Assembly (NCBI GenBank): GCA_041577295.1
Contig: JBFGJG010000006.1
Coordinates: 32,001-96,000 of the forward strand
Origin: Gemmatimonadales bacterium
GTDB taxonomy: Bacteria; Gemmatimonadota; Gemmatimonadetes; Gemmatimonadales; GWC2-71-9
Direction: 5' to 3'
Length of the DNA: 64,000 nucleotides
The position numbers and the translations under genes were made by a program. Below the pieces are notes generated by a model, which ran no database searches, was not told the origin of the DNA, and saw only the letters and a program-made list of their open reading frames with translations. Of the stretch, positions 10,301 through 19,680 are shown in pieces (within the stretch, counting starts at the first letter, position 1; each line of letters starts with the position of its first letter).

Positions 10301-10662
10301 TGGAGGTAGCAGGGATCGTCGTAGCCCGTCAACGACCGCAGACGGCGCGTGGCTTTACGTTCATTCTCCTGGAGGATGAGTTCGGTATGATGAACGCCAT
10401 CGTCCGTCCCAAGATTTACGAGCGCGATCGTGTTGTCATTCGGGGCGAGCCGTTCCTCTGGGTCATTGGCAAGCTTGCACGGGATGATGGCACGGTGAAC
10501 ATCATCGCAGAGGAGGTTCGGGCGCTCAAGCTCCGGTCAATCGGCGAATCCGCCTCTATGAAAACAGCGTTCAACCGTTGGAAGGAAATGGAGAACAAGT
10601 CTCCGTATGCGTTTCTCAAGCGCCTCCGCGGCAACGCACCCGGCTCGAAAGATTGGGGCTAG
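7351..10662 (+). CDS. dnaE2: Error-prone DNA polymerase III alpha DnaE2
   Basis: PHP domain ELHCHSAFSFLDGAS, PDIDLDF, PRHISQHVGG, KIDFLALG, FGFPKSHAAAF, OB-fold RQRPQTA. TTG start. Confidence 0.95.
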   Translation: MYVELHCHSAFSFLDGASLPEQLVFQAQELGYSALALTDHNGLYGSMVFAQAAKHMGIQAITGAEVTLLDGTHLTLLVETAQGYANLCRLLTETHLGREDRRDPRLDFASLEARHEGLIILSGCRGGMLPRVLQQEGHRAACHLAERCRDVFGPERFFIELQRNAVHGDRALTRALGEIADSIGLAVVASGDVHYHRRERHRLHDALVAIRHRTTLDASHDVRHPNSEFFLKRPEEQVENFCDRHDAIANTLVIAERCAAFDLTKDLGYTFPDFRNANGRSPPRALSELCQVKLDEYYHPDHPQRTEAESRLAEELRLIARHGLCGFFLVYHDLYDLAREVAADVRRGTRRALANMLPGRGRGSSVSSIVCYLLGLSHIDPIENRLFLGRFLNETLASVPDIDLDFSREIREELIRRVYQRYGDEHVGLVCTFPTYRLRSAVRELGKALDLPAGEIEQVARLASHYSTNGLREELTQLPGFAERVNAPLWRDLCDLAEEIAGLPRHISQHVGGMIISSRPLVEIVPLERSAMPDRVLCQWDKDSCDDARFIKIDFLALGMLSLVEECVEQIARKEGTPPNLSRIDFEDEVVYDQICAGDTVGLFQIESRAQIQMIRRTRPRNLADLAVEVAIVRPGPIVGGAVNPYVRRREEQRRAGERGQSYDPPVDHPLLKEALAETLGVIIYQDQVLQVCQALAGFTAGQAEALRRAMSRRRSRELMENFWDDFRNGSRARGVSEATARRVFEQVVAFSEFGFPKSHAAAFGLLAYQSAWLRHYYTVEYYCALFNNQPMGFYSLDALCRDAVRHGLEILLPDINTSDVYCTIEGQSVRIGLGFIRDWGLDITEEVVVERERHGPFRGLGDFIRRAPPTLSRDAIDNMVWVGACDNFGLTRRELLWQAGLWLPPKTEHPKHGRVRRQLELPLNHPHEQLPFGNVAEDERLLAEYQVLGFAASGHPLSLVRDAMPPHVVRSDQFDEIPHEASVEVAGIVVARQRPQTARGFTFILLEDEFGMMNAIVRPKIYERDRVVIRGEPFLWVIGKLARDDGTVNIIAEEVRALKLRSIGESASMKTAFNRWKEMENKSPYAFLKRLRGNAPGSKDWG

Positions 10663-11777
10663 CGATAGGTCTTCTTCCAGAACGCGATTCCGCCAGCCTG
10701 TTTCCCCACGTCAACGGAGGCAACCTTCCGCAGCTGCTCAAGATCGATCACATCAACCGCACCTGCCTCACCCCGAACTCCTTCGACACTGATGAACGCG
10801 TACCTTCCATCTGGCTCGATGCTCACGCCGTGCGTGACCCTCCGGCTGCTCGGAATCGCTGCCACGCGTTTACCGCTCAATAGATCGACGATGCTGACCT
10901 CCGCGCTTCCTTTTTGTGTCACGACCAGCCTGCGCCCATCAGGTGTAACCTCGGCGTTATACGGAGCGGTCGGAGATGTAAACCGTCGAACAACGACCCA
11001 GCGGTCGACATCGATCTCCAGCACGACGTCACCCCGGTTGCAGGGAACATAGAGGCGGCGTCCATCGGGGCTCGGTGTCACCCAGGTCGGTGTACAAGGG
11101 TGATCTGCGTTCCGCGTTGGAGGACCCTGCATCGTGCGATCCGACCTCGCGGTGAGGTCGAGGCGTCGTACGACAACGAGAGCGTAGGCATCCAGCTCGA
11201 CGAGTTGGTCGTCGATCATGCATACCGAGTAATGCTTCGACTGATCAGGGCTGAAGCGAGATCCGTGCGGCATGACGCACGTTCGAACACGCGCAAGCTC
11301 CACCATCGTCGGGACGTCAACGACTGACACGGCACTGGGCACGCGGTCGCCGTGAAAGTTGGCGTTGACTACGAAGGCGAGCTGGGCCTGACTCACGGCA
11401 ACCGTTGCGGGGAACATCCCGAGCTCCACCCGGCCGACGAGCGTATCGGCTCCCGTGCGAAACTTGAGCAGCGTCCCGAACACTGGAACACCGTGGCCCA
11501 GCGTCACAAACCAATGGTTCCCATCGTCCGGGATGGCGAGCCCGTGGGGACCTTCCGTCTCGAGTGGCCAGAAGCCCACCGGTATGACTTTCTCGACCTG
11601 TATCCCCGACACGGGAGTGAATGCGATGACCGAAACCTCGTCCGCCGATTCCGACGCGACGTATACCCAGTAAGTCGGAGTTTGCGCTTTCGCCTCCTCG
11701 CTCGAGAGTGAGAGCTCCGAAGCGGTGGCCAGGACGAGCGCGACCCGCATCCAGACCGCTGGGCTGCGTGCTGACAT
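10659..11777 (-). CDS. YncE-family beta-propeller protein, secreted
   Basis: Signal peptide and repeated PHG / V-x-V-x-D blades. ATG overlaps the upstream stop (TGATG). Confidence 0.75.
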   Translation of the reverse strand: MSARSPAVWMRVALVLATASELSLSSEEAKAQTPTYWVYVASESADEVSVIAFTPVSGIQVEKVIPVGFWPLETEGPHGLAIPDDGNHWFVTLGHGVPVFGTLLKFRTGADTLVGRVELGMFPATVAVSQAQLAFVVNANFHGDRVPSAVSVVDVPTMVELARVRTCVMPHGSRFSPDQSKHYSVCMIDDQLVELDAYALVVVRRLDLTARSDRTMQGPPTRNADHPCTPTWVTPSPDGRRLYVPCNRGDVVLEIDVDRWVVVRRFTSPTAPYNAEVTPDGRRLVVTQKGSAEVSIVDLLSGKRVAAIPSSRRVTHGVSIEPDGRYAFISVEGVRGEAGAVDVIDLEQLRKVASVDVGKQAGGIAFWKKTYR

Positions 11778-13780
11778 CAAGGGGTCAAGATCTCCGTTTC
11801 GCGGACCTTTACTGCCCACAGACCAGAGTAGTGTTCTGCAATGAAGAGATGACCTTTGAAGGGTTGGGGGCCCCAGCTCATTGGCGCGTTCGGAACGAAG
11901 CCGGTTGGATCGTACGCCTTGAACCTGGCAATCTCCCGACCTTGATACGTCAGATTCCCTTTGAGCTCTCCGGAGATGTCGACCACCCGCACACCACCGT
12001 TGTAAAACGCAGCATAGAGCGTGTCACCAGTGACCCAAATGTTGTGCGAGCCGGCTTCCGGGACTTCATACCTGGCTACTTCCTCGGGGTGTAAGGGATC
12101 GCTGAAATCAACAAAGTGGAGGTAGCCAGACATCGCATCGGGTGTCCCGCCCTGCTCTCCCTCACGACCCATTGGTCCATCGGCGTCGCGCCCTGCCTCA
12201 TCGCCCATGATGACGTAAAACTTCCCCGATGAGCTGCGGAACGGGAGCGCCGCATGCGTCGCTCCGCCGACGTCCCGATACTGAGCGACCCTCACAGGAT
12301 TGGATGGGCTGCCGCCGGCAATCCCGTTCCCAACGTCGACGAGCACCACACCATCGCTCCAGTTGGACGTGTAGGCGATCCCGTCTACCACCCATACATC
12401 GTGGATCGCGTGGCCAGGGGTATCCAACTCGAACATGCCAACCCGACGCGGGTTTCGCGGGTCGGCAATGTTGATGACGTCGAATCGGCGCCCGTTGTTG
12501 ACTGCGTACACATGATTCTGATAGACAAAGACGTTGTGTACGCCGCCAGTGAGCCCGTCATCGAACGTAGAGAGAACCGTCACATCGCGGGGATTTGCGC
12601 AATCGAGGAGCACGATACCGTTGCGGCGGTTGGACGCGCCCTCCCTGGTTATCACACACACCCGCCCGTCTTCGGACACCTTCACGTCGTTCACGGTTCG
12701 CGCATCGACAACGACGCTATCGACCATCACAGGGTTGGAGGGATCCGAGACATCCCAGAAGTACGCTGCGCCGGCGGCATTCCACGTACCGGTGACTGCG
12801 TAATCTCGCCCATCGACACCCTCCCAGACCCAAAGATCTGACGTTCGAACGTCCCGCACTGCACCCTGGCCCACCACATCGATCTTGCTGCTCACATGGC
12901 GTGGTGTCACTAAGATGCTGTGATGAGCCACCTGGCCCGCCGACATCGCGATGACCGTGTGGAGGCCCGCCTTGTATGCGACGAACCGGCCCCGCTGATC
13001 GACCTCGGCCGCTGGGAACTGCGCCACTACCGAATCTTCCGGCATGGAAACGACGCTCAGGAGGATCGGCGCCTCCGGAACCTCACGGCCCTGATCGTCG
13101 AGCGCTCGTGCAGTAAAGTGGATGAGGTCGCCGGTCGTGGCGCTCGAAGCCGACGCCGTAAGCGCCACCTGCCGCACTGGACTCGGCACGACCCGATATA
13201 TGTGTTGTGCGAGAACTCCATCCGCTTCGGCGCGGATCGTGGCCACACCGGAGCGGAGCCCAGTTACTACACCGAATTCATCTACCGTCGCCACTGCTGG
13301 GTCCGAGCTCGACCAGACGATCGTGATATCCCGCCGAACGGTGCCGGAAAGATCGGTGACGATCGCCTCGTGACGTTGGCTTCCCCCAACAAAGAACTGG
13401 TTCGAGGTCGGGGTGATCTGAACCCGCGCCACCGGCGGGAATGGGACGGTGATCGGGACTTCGCCCCGAGCCGCTCCGGAAGGTGTCCGCGCGAAGACGA
13501 ACACCGTATGTTGTCCTCCGCGAAGCGCATGCACCTTTCCGTCTCGATCCACGGCCAAGTGACGTCCGCGGGAAAAGAAAAAAACCTGTGCCTCGGGAAT
13601 CGCTTCGTCGGCTGTGTCGTACACGACTGCGGCAAGCGTAACCGTGTCCCCTACGTTCAGCACGAGTGCGGCGGGTTCGACCTCGATCCTGGCTGGGACC
13701 CCTTGCTGGCCGTGCAAAACCGGTGGAACTGCGAGCGGGGCGAGGACCACCACTCGTGCGACGAGACTCTTCATTGTCAT
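11777..13780 (-). CDS. Secreted Ig-like (Big_2) plus LVIVD-repeat protein
   Basis: Signal peptide; WSSSDPAVATVD Ig-like motif; multiple xxDVSDPxNP / GVVLVDV repeats. Start 13780 or 13774 after GAGGG. Confidence 0.8.
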   Translation of the reverse strand: MTMKSLVARVVVLAPLAVPPVLHGQQGVPARIEVEPAALVLNVGDTVTLAAVVYDTADEAIPEAQVFFFSRGRHLAVDRDGKVHALRGGQHTVFVFARTPSGAARGEVPITVPFPPVARVQITPTSNQFFVGGSQRHEAIVTDLSGTVRRDITIVWSSSDPAVATVDEFGVVTGLRSGVATIRAEADGVLAQHIYRVVPSPVRQVALTASASSATTGDLIHFTARALDDQGREVPEAPILLSVVSMPEDSVVAQFPAAEVDQRGRFVAYKAGLHTVIAMSAGQVAHHSILVTPRHVSSKIDVVGQGAVRDVRTSDLWVWEGVDGRDYAVTGTWNAAGAAYFWDVSDPSNPVMVDSVVVDARTVNDVKVSEDGRVCVITREGASNRRNGIVLLDCANPRDVTVLSTFDDGLTGGVHNVFVYQNHVYAVNNGRRFDVINIADPRNPRRVGMFELDTPGHAIHDVWVVDGIAYTSNWSDGVVLVDVGNGIAGGSPSNPVRVAQYRDVGGATHAALPFRSSSGKFYVIMGDEAGRDADGPMGREGEQGGTPDAMSGYLHFVDFSDPLHPEEVARYEVPEAGSHNIWVTGDTLYAAFYNGGVRVVDISGELKGNLTYQGREIARFKAYDPTGFVPNAPMSWGPQPFKGHLFIAEHYSGLWAVKVRETEILTP

Positions 13781-13952
13781 TCCCTCAGCTGCGGAAGCGG
13801 GCGGCGGCAGATCCGGGCTTGACAAGCTAGCGCGGTGCAGTCACTCGTGGCCAGCCCATTCAGTAGGTGGCGGTCTGTTGGGAGTATCGGCTATTCTAAT
13901 GGCGCAGTCTAGCCGATGCTCACGATCGTTCTTTTCTCAAGGTTTGGTCTCA

Positions 13953-16778
13953 ATGTCACGTTTCTACCGATCGTCACGCTTGCAAGTCTTGTCGTACATG
14001 CTCATCGCCGTCGTGCTCCTGGTGCGACCGGGGGCCGCGCAGCAGACGACCAGCTCACAACTCACCTCACCCAAGCAGGCCTTGGGCTTTGGCATCGGTG
14101 ACGATTACCACCTCGCAACGTACACCCAGCTCCAGGCGTATTGGAGGACGCTGGCCGGCGAATCGCCTCGAATGGACCTCGAGGAGATAGGCGTCACCGC
14201 GGAGGGACGCCCCCAGCTGATGGCGGTGATCACCTCGCCCGAGAATCATCAGCAGCTTGGCCGATATCAGGAGATTGCTCGGCGCCTCGCCTTGGCGGAG
14301 GACCTGACAGACGAGCAGGCACGAATGCTCGCCACCGAAGGGCGTGCCGTCGTGTGGATTGATGGCGGTCTTCACGCGACCGAGGTGCTCGGGGCGCATC
14401 AGCTCATGGAGCTCGTGTATCAGATGGTTTCACGTGACGATGCCGAGGTCCGCAGGATTCTCGATGACGTCATCATCCTGGCGGTGCATGCCAATCCGGA
14501 CGGAATGGAACTGGTCACGAACTGGTATATGCGAGAGAGCGAGCTCGAGAAGCGGAGCACTCGTGGGATTCCAAAGCTCTATCAGAAGTACATCGGTCAT
14601 GACAACAATCGCGACTTCTACATGGTCACCCAACCAGAAACCGAGAACATGGCGCGGATCATGTTTCGCGAATGGTTCCCTCAAATCATTTACAATCACC
14701 ATCAGTCTGGGCCAGCTGGCACGGTGATGTTTGCGCCGCCGTTTCGTGATCCGTTCAACTACAACTTCGATCCACTGGTGTGGGCTGGTACGGATATGGT
14801 GGGCGCGGCGATGCATCACCGTTTCATCGCCGAGGGTAAGCCCGGCACAACCATGCGCAGCGGGGCCGGGTATTCGACCTGGTGGAATGGCGGACTTCGA
14901 GCGACAGCGTATTTCCACAATCAGATCGCACTGCTGACGGAAACCATCGGCAACCCAACACCCATGGATATCCCGTTCCTACCTGAGAAGCAGCTGCCGA
15001 GCGGCGACCTTCCCTACCCCATTGAGCCCGGCCGTTGGCATTTCCGACAGTCCATCGACTACTCGATGACAGCCAACCTCGCCGTCCTCGACTATGCATC
15101 TCGGTATCGCGAGACGTTGCTCTACAATATCTATCGGATGGGGAAGAACTCGATTGATCGTGGCAATCGGGATCACTGGACGGTTCAACCGACTCGCATC
15201 GAGCACGTGGAAAACGCCGCGGAGGAGGGCCGGCAGGAAGACCCTGATACTCCCGCCTTCCTGCGGCGCTGGCGGGGTATCCCGATGGAGCACTTTTCGC
15301 TGCTGCGTCGACCCGAGGACCGTGATCCACGAGGCTATATCATTCCGCAGTCTCAGCCGGACTTTGCTACAGCAACCAAGTTCGTCAATACGCTCATTAA
15401 AACCGGGGTCGCTATTCACCGGGCGACACGTGACTTCGAGATCGGTGGAAAGCGCTACGCGACAGGCTCGTTTGTTGTGAAGACCGCGCAGGCGTTTCGT
15501 CCGCACGTCATCGACATGTTCGAGCCACAGGATCATCCAAACGATTTCGAGTACGAGGGTGGTCCGCCCATCGCGCCATACGACAATGCCGGGTGGACGC
15601 TGGCCTACTTAATGGGTGTCGAGTTCGATCGCATCCTCGAAAGCTTCGATGGACCGTTCGAGCGAATCGATGGGTTCGCCCCGGTGCCCACTGCTAGCCT
15701 GACACAAGCGAATCAGGCAGTCGGTTTCCTGTTGAATCACGCGGTGAACGATGCCGTGGTCGCTACCAATCGGTTGCTCAAGGGGAATCACGAGGTGTAC
15801 TGGCTCACGCAACCGTGGACTGCGAACGGCAAGACCTATCCCGAGGGTACGATCTACGTACCGGCGAGTGCCCCGGCAACGGCTATCCTTCGACAGACCG
15901 CTGCGGAACACGGAGTGGCGGCCGAGGGGGTATCGCGATCACCTACGGTGGAGGCATTGAGAATCCGGCCGATACGGATCGGTTTGTGGGATCGGTACGG
16001 CGGCTCGATGCCATCGGGGTGGACCCGGTGGTTATTCGAGCAGTTCGAGTTTCCGTTCGAGGTGGTCTATCCTCCAACGCTGGATGAGGGAAACCTCCGC
16101 GCGAACTTCGACGTGCTGGTCTTCCCAACCGGAGCAATCTCGCTGACTGACCGGGAGGACGTCTTCACCCGATTCTTCGGACTGGAAGACCCGGAGCGCA
16201 TTCCGGCCGAGTTCCGCAACCGGCTCGGACGCGTGACCGCTGGGAAAACGGTTCCGCAGCTACGACGGTTCGTGGAAGACGGCGGGAGCATCATCGCGAT
16301 CGGAAGCTCACTCAGCATTGCCCGTCACCTCGATCTTCCGCTGACCAATCACCTCGTTGAGGATGGGTTCGAGCCATTGGATCGGGACTCGTATTACATC
16401 CCCGGATCCGTCCTCCAGGTCCGTGTCGACAACAAGCATCCGCTAGCATATGGACTCCCCGAACGCGTCGATGTGTTCTTCGACAACAGCCCAGTGCTTC
16501 GGATGGGACCTGACGCGGCGATGAAGGGAGTACAGGCTGTGGCGTGGTTCGACAGCCCCAGCCCGTTGCGCAGCGGGTGGGCGTGGGGCCAACACTATCT
16601 CGACGGTGGCACTGCGATTGCCGAGGCCAGGTACGGCAATGGCAAGCTCGTCTTGTTTGGACCAGAAGTGCTTCAGCGAGGCCAGCCTCACGGAACGTTC
16701 AAATTCTTCTTCAACGCAGTGTATCTCGCCGCTGCGTCTCCGATGCAACGCGCGGCCGCAATGAGCGACTCGAACTAG
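13953..16778 (+). CDS. M14 zinc carboxypeptidase family protein, secreted
   Basis: GGLHATE (HxxE), NPDG, DNNRD, NHHQ. Start chosen ahead of the signal peptide; the ORF track's 13614 start overlaps the divergent gene. Confidence 0.85.
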   Translation: MSRFYRSSRLQVLSYMLIAVVLLVRPGAAQQTTSSQLTSPKQALGFGIGDDYHLATYTQLQAYWRTLAGESPRMDLEEIGVTAEGRPQLMAVITSPENHQQLGRYQEIARRLALAEDLTDEQARMLATEGRAVVWIDGGLHATEVLGAHQLMELVYQMVSRDDAEVRRILDDVIILAVHANPDGMELVTNWYMRESELEKRSTRGIPKLYQKYIGHDNNRDFYMVTQPETENMARIMFREWFPQIIYNHHQSGPAGTVMFAPPFRDPFNYNFDPLVWAGTDMVGAAMHHRFIAEGKPGTTMRSGAGYSTWWNGGLRATAYFHNQIALLTETIGNPTPMDIPFLPEKQLPSGDLPYPIEPGRWHFRQSIDYSMTANLAVLDYASRYRETLLYNIYRMGKNSIDRGNRDHWTVQPTRIEHVENAAEEGRQEDPDTPAFLRRWRGIPMEHFSLLRRPEDRDPRGYIIPQSQPDFATATKFVNTLIKTGVAIHRATRDFEIGGKRYATGSFVVKTAQAFRPHVIDMFEPQDHPNDFEYEGGPPIAPYDNAGWTLAYLMGVEFDRILESFDGPFERIDGFAPVPTASLTQANQAVGFLLNHAVNDAVVATNRLLKGNHEVYWLTQPWTANGKTYPEGTIYVPASAPATAILRQTAAEHGVAAEGVSRSPTVEALRIRPIRIGLWDRYGGSMPSGWTRWLFEQFEFPFEVVYPPTLDEGNLRANFDVLVFPTGAISLTDREDVFTRFFGLEDPERIPAEFRNRLGRVTAGKTVPQLRRFVEDGGSIIAIGSSLSIARHLDLPLTNHLVEDGFEPLDRDSYYIPGSVLQVRVDNKHPLAYGLPERVDVFFDNSPVLRMGPDAAMKGVQAVAWFDSPSPLRSGWAWGQHYLDGGTAIAEARYGNGKLVLFGPEVLQRGQPHGTFKFFFNAVYLAAASPMQRAAAMSDSN

Positions 16779-16793
16779 CCGTCGGCTCCCCGA

Positions 16794-16832
16794 CTCCCTG
16801 TTCCCCTCAGACTCCCACGGGGGGACAGGGAG
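16794..16832. other. 13-bp intergenic hairpin without a U-tract
   Basis: CTCCCTGTTCCCC (16794-16806) pairs with GGGGGACAGGGAG (16820-16832), one G-U pair. Confidence 0.6.
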
Positions 16833-16847
16833 CGAGGAAACCTCATC

Positions 16848-18704
16848 ATGCGCCGGCCCCCGCAGGTCATAATCGCCATTCTCGCCCTCGTCGCCGCCGC
16901 CTTTCACCTCTATGCGGCGGGTGTCAGTCCGTTTACGGCGTTGGTCCAACGACCCACGCATCTAGCCCTGATGGCTGTCATGGGGTTCATGGGACTCGGC
17001 GCTCTTCGCTCGACCGCGGTGGATGCATCGCAGACAAGACGACTCATCGCGATCAAAAGGGTCCTGGCAACCATCCTGATCATCGCAACGCTGGTCAGTT
17101 GTGGCTATCTCGTTGCACAACATCAAGAGCTGGTGCGTCGAGCTGGCGCTGCAACCGCCACCGACCTCTTCGCTGGCACCTTAGCGCTAATAGTTGTGTT
17201 GGTGCTTGCGTGGCGTACGACGGGGTGGGGGCTAGTGCTGGTCGCGATGCTATCCCTCGTGTACGCCGTGACGGGCCCGTTTCTGCCCGGACTGCTCGCG
17301 CACCGCGGCTACGCTATTCGACGCCTCGTCGAGCATCTGTATCTCACGACAGAGGGGATCTGGGGAGTACCCCTCGGCGTCTCTGCCGACTTCGTTTACC
17401 TGTTCGTGTTGTTCGGAGCGGTGCTGGACGCGGCGGGCGGAGGACAGCTCCTGATCGGTATCGCAAGCAAGATCGCCGGGCGAACGCACGGGGGACCTGC
17501 AAAGACTGCGGCTGTGGCAAGCGCACTGATGGGTTCGCTATCGGGCAGCGCTGTTGCCAACGTTGTGACGACGGGAAGCCTGACGATCCCCGTCATGAAA
17601 CGGGTCGGATTCCGTCCGCAGTACGCCGCAGCCATCGAGGCGGCGGCAAGTACGGGTGGCCAGTTGATGCCACCCATCATGGGTGCAGGCGCCTTCATTC
17701 TGGCAACGTGGACGAACATTCCTTATATCCGCGTCGCCACGGCAGCCGCCATCCCGGCAATACTCTACTACGCTGCGCTCTTCATGGCCATCCACTTCCG
17801 AGCCGCCCGTGTTGGGCTCGCACCCGTAGAAGATCGCTCCACCACAACGCTGTGGACCCGACTCCATCTGCTCGGGCCGCTCGTCGTGATCGTGATACTG
17901 CTGGCATTGGGACGCTCTCCGATGCGAGCGGCGTTTTGGGGGGTGGTAACGGCGGCGTTGGCCACGGTGTTGACGCGTGCGACGCGCCTCGATCTGGAGC
18001 GCGCGCAAGGGGTCGTGATCGCTGCCGCGAGCGGCACGGTACAGGTGGCTGCCGCCTGCGCCGCCGCTGGAATCGTGGTGGGTGTGGCCTCGCTCACCGG
18101 CATTGGGCTGCGCATGTCGCAGGTCATCCTTACGCTCTCCGGCGGGTATCTGCCGGCAGCACTCGTCCTGACTGCCGTAGGCGCAATCATCCTTGGAATG
18201 GGCCTGCCCACCACAGCGGCCTACATCGTGCTGGCAGCGTTGGGGGCACCTGCGCTCACGGAGTTAGGGGTCCCGACTTTGGCGGCCCATCTTTTCATCT
18301 TCTATTTCGGTTGCCTTTCGAACGTCACGCCCCCAGTGGCGCTAGCAGCGTACGCGGCCGCCGGCATCGCGGGCTCTGCACCGATGCGGACGGCCGCCAC
18401 GGCAATGGGGCTCGCATCGGCAGGGTTCTTCGTTCCGTTCATGTTCGTATACGGACCGCCGCTGTTGCTGGAAGGGTCGATTGCGAGCATCCTCATTGCG
18501 ACCGCCAGCGGGTTGATCGGGGTCACGATACTGGCGGCAGCTGTCATCGGTTTTGCACGTCACCCGCTGGCTTTGTGGGAGCGGTTGCTACTTGTGGGCG
18601 CGGCCGCTGTATTGATCTTTCCAGGTGTGCTTACCGATGCCATCGGACTCGTCGTGGCGACTGCCATCCTCGTTCGACGAGAGCTGGTCGCCCAAAGGAC
18701 GTGA
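16848..18704 (+). CDS. TRAP transporter fused 4TM/12TM permease (TAXI type)
   Basis: GGPAKTAAVAS, SGSAVANVVTTG, EAAASTGGQLMPPIMGAGAF, GMGLPTTAAY, TPPVALAAY. Confidence 0.92.
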   Translation: MRRPPQVIIAILALVAAAFHLYAAGVSPFTALVQRPTHLALMAVMGFMGLGALRSTAVDASQTRRLIAIKRVLATILIIATLVSCGYLVAQHQELVRRAGAATATDLFAGTLALIVVLVLAWRTTGWGLVLVAMLSLVYAVTGPFLPGLLAHRGYAIRRLVEHLYLTTEGIWGVPLGVSADFVYLFVLFGAVLDAAGGGQLLIGIASKIAGRTHGGPAKTAAVASALMGSLSGSAVANVVTTGSLTIPVMKRVGFRPQYAAAIEAAASTGGQLMPPIMGAGAFILATWTNIPYIRVATAAAIPAILYYAALFMAIHFRAARVGLAPVEDRSTTTLWTRLHLLGPLVVIVILLALGRSPMRAAFWGVVTAALATVLTRATRLDLERAQGVVIAAASGTVQVAAACAAAGIVVGVASLTGIGLRMSQVILTLSGGYLPAALVLTAVGAIILGMGLPTTAAYIVLAALGAPALTELGVPTLAAHLFIFYFGCLSNVTPPVALAAYAAAGIAGSAPMRTAATAMGLASAGFFVPFMFVYGPPLLLEGSIASILIATASGLIGVTILAAAVIGFARHPLALWERLLLVGAAAVLIFPGVLTDAIGLVVATAILVRRELVAQRT

Positions 18705-18713
18705 TAATAGGAA

Positions 18714-19679
18714 ATGCAATTTGCGAAGCTGTTACTGACAATCGTGCCGGGTCTGTTGCTCGCATGCCAAGCGGGCGACAGGACTGGACGCCGGTTTCTC
18801 AGCGTTGGGACGGCTGGAACCGGTGGTATCTACTACCCTCTCGGCGGCGCGATTGCGAGCCGACTGTCCGCGGCGGACAGCAACCGTCGTTACACGGCGG
18901 AGGTTACAGGCGGGTCCGTCGAGAACCTAAACCGGATTGCCCGCGGTGAGATGGACTTGGGCTTTTCGATCGGCACGTCGATTTATGAGGCCTATAACGG
19001 TGGGGACGATTTTCCGGCAGCGCAGACACGACTTCGTATCGTTGCCCCACTCTACCCCAACGTCACACACGTTCTCATCGCCGGCCGGACGCGCCTCCGG
19101 TCATTGGAGGATCTCCGTGGGCGCCGCGTCTCGGTCGGCGCACCCGGTAGTGGTACCGAACAGGTCGCTCGCCAGCTGTTGGAAGTTCACAACCTGGCGT
19201 ACGCCGACGTCGAAGCTCGATACCTCTCGTTTCGGGAATCGTCGGATGCCCTGCGAGATGGCGCGATCGATGCCGCCATTCTCTCAGTCGGATACCCCGC
19301 CTCCGCCGTCCTCGAAGCCACGACCGGTGGAAACGTGCGCCTTCTGGGAATGGACACAGTGCGCATTCGCGCGCTTGCGGAGTTATACCCGTACTACCAA
19401 GCAGCCACGATTCCCGCCGGTGCCTATCCCGGAGTTGATCGGGACCTGCGCACCGTTTCGGTCATGAACTGGGTCGTCAGCAGGGTAGATCTTCCCGACG
19501 ACGTCGTCGTGCTCGCACTCGAGATCCTGCGAGATCAGCGGCAAGCGCTCGCCCGGGTGCACGCGATCGCCGAGCAGATCGACCTCGCGACGCTGGACCG
19601 CGCGCCCATTCCGTTACATCCAGCGGCCGTGCGTTGGTGGGATGAGGAGAAAAGACGCCGGACTGAGGCCAACCAGTAG
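18714..19679 (+). CDS. TAXI family TRAP solute-binding lipoprotein
   Basis: Lipobox LLAC; GTAGTGGIYYPLG, TGGSVEN, GAPGSGT, PIPLHP. Confidence 0.92.
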   Translation: MQFAKLLLTIVPGLLLACQAGDRTGRRFLSVGTAGTGGIYYPLGGAIASRLSAADSNRRYTAEVTGGSVENLNRIARGEMDLGFSIGTSIYEAYNGGDDFPAAQTRLRIVAPLYPNVTHVLIAGRTRLRSLEDLRGRRVSVGAPGSGTEQVARQLLEVHNLAYADVEARYLSFRESSDALRDGAIDAAILSVGYPASAVLEATTGGNVRLLGMDTVRIRALAELYPYYQAATIPAGAYPGVDRDLRTVSVMNWVVSRVDLPDDVVVLALEILRDQRQALARVHAIAEQIDLATLDRAPIPLHPAAVRWWDEEKRRRTEANQ

Positions 19680-19680
19680 G

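Noticed and set aside
13614..13952. Long N-terminal extension of the M14 peptidase
   Set aside because: It overlaps the divergent gene; the signal peptide begins near 13953.
16544..18949. 801-aa alternate-frame ORF over the TRAP genes
   Set aside because: Arg/Ala/Cys-rich shadow ORF typical of high-GC DNA, with no motifs; the overlapped frame is a clear permease.
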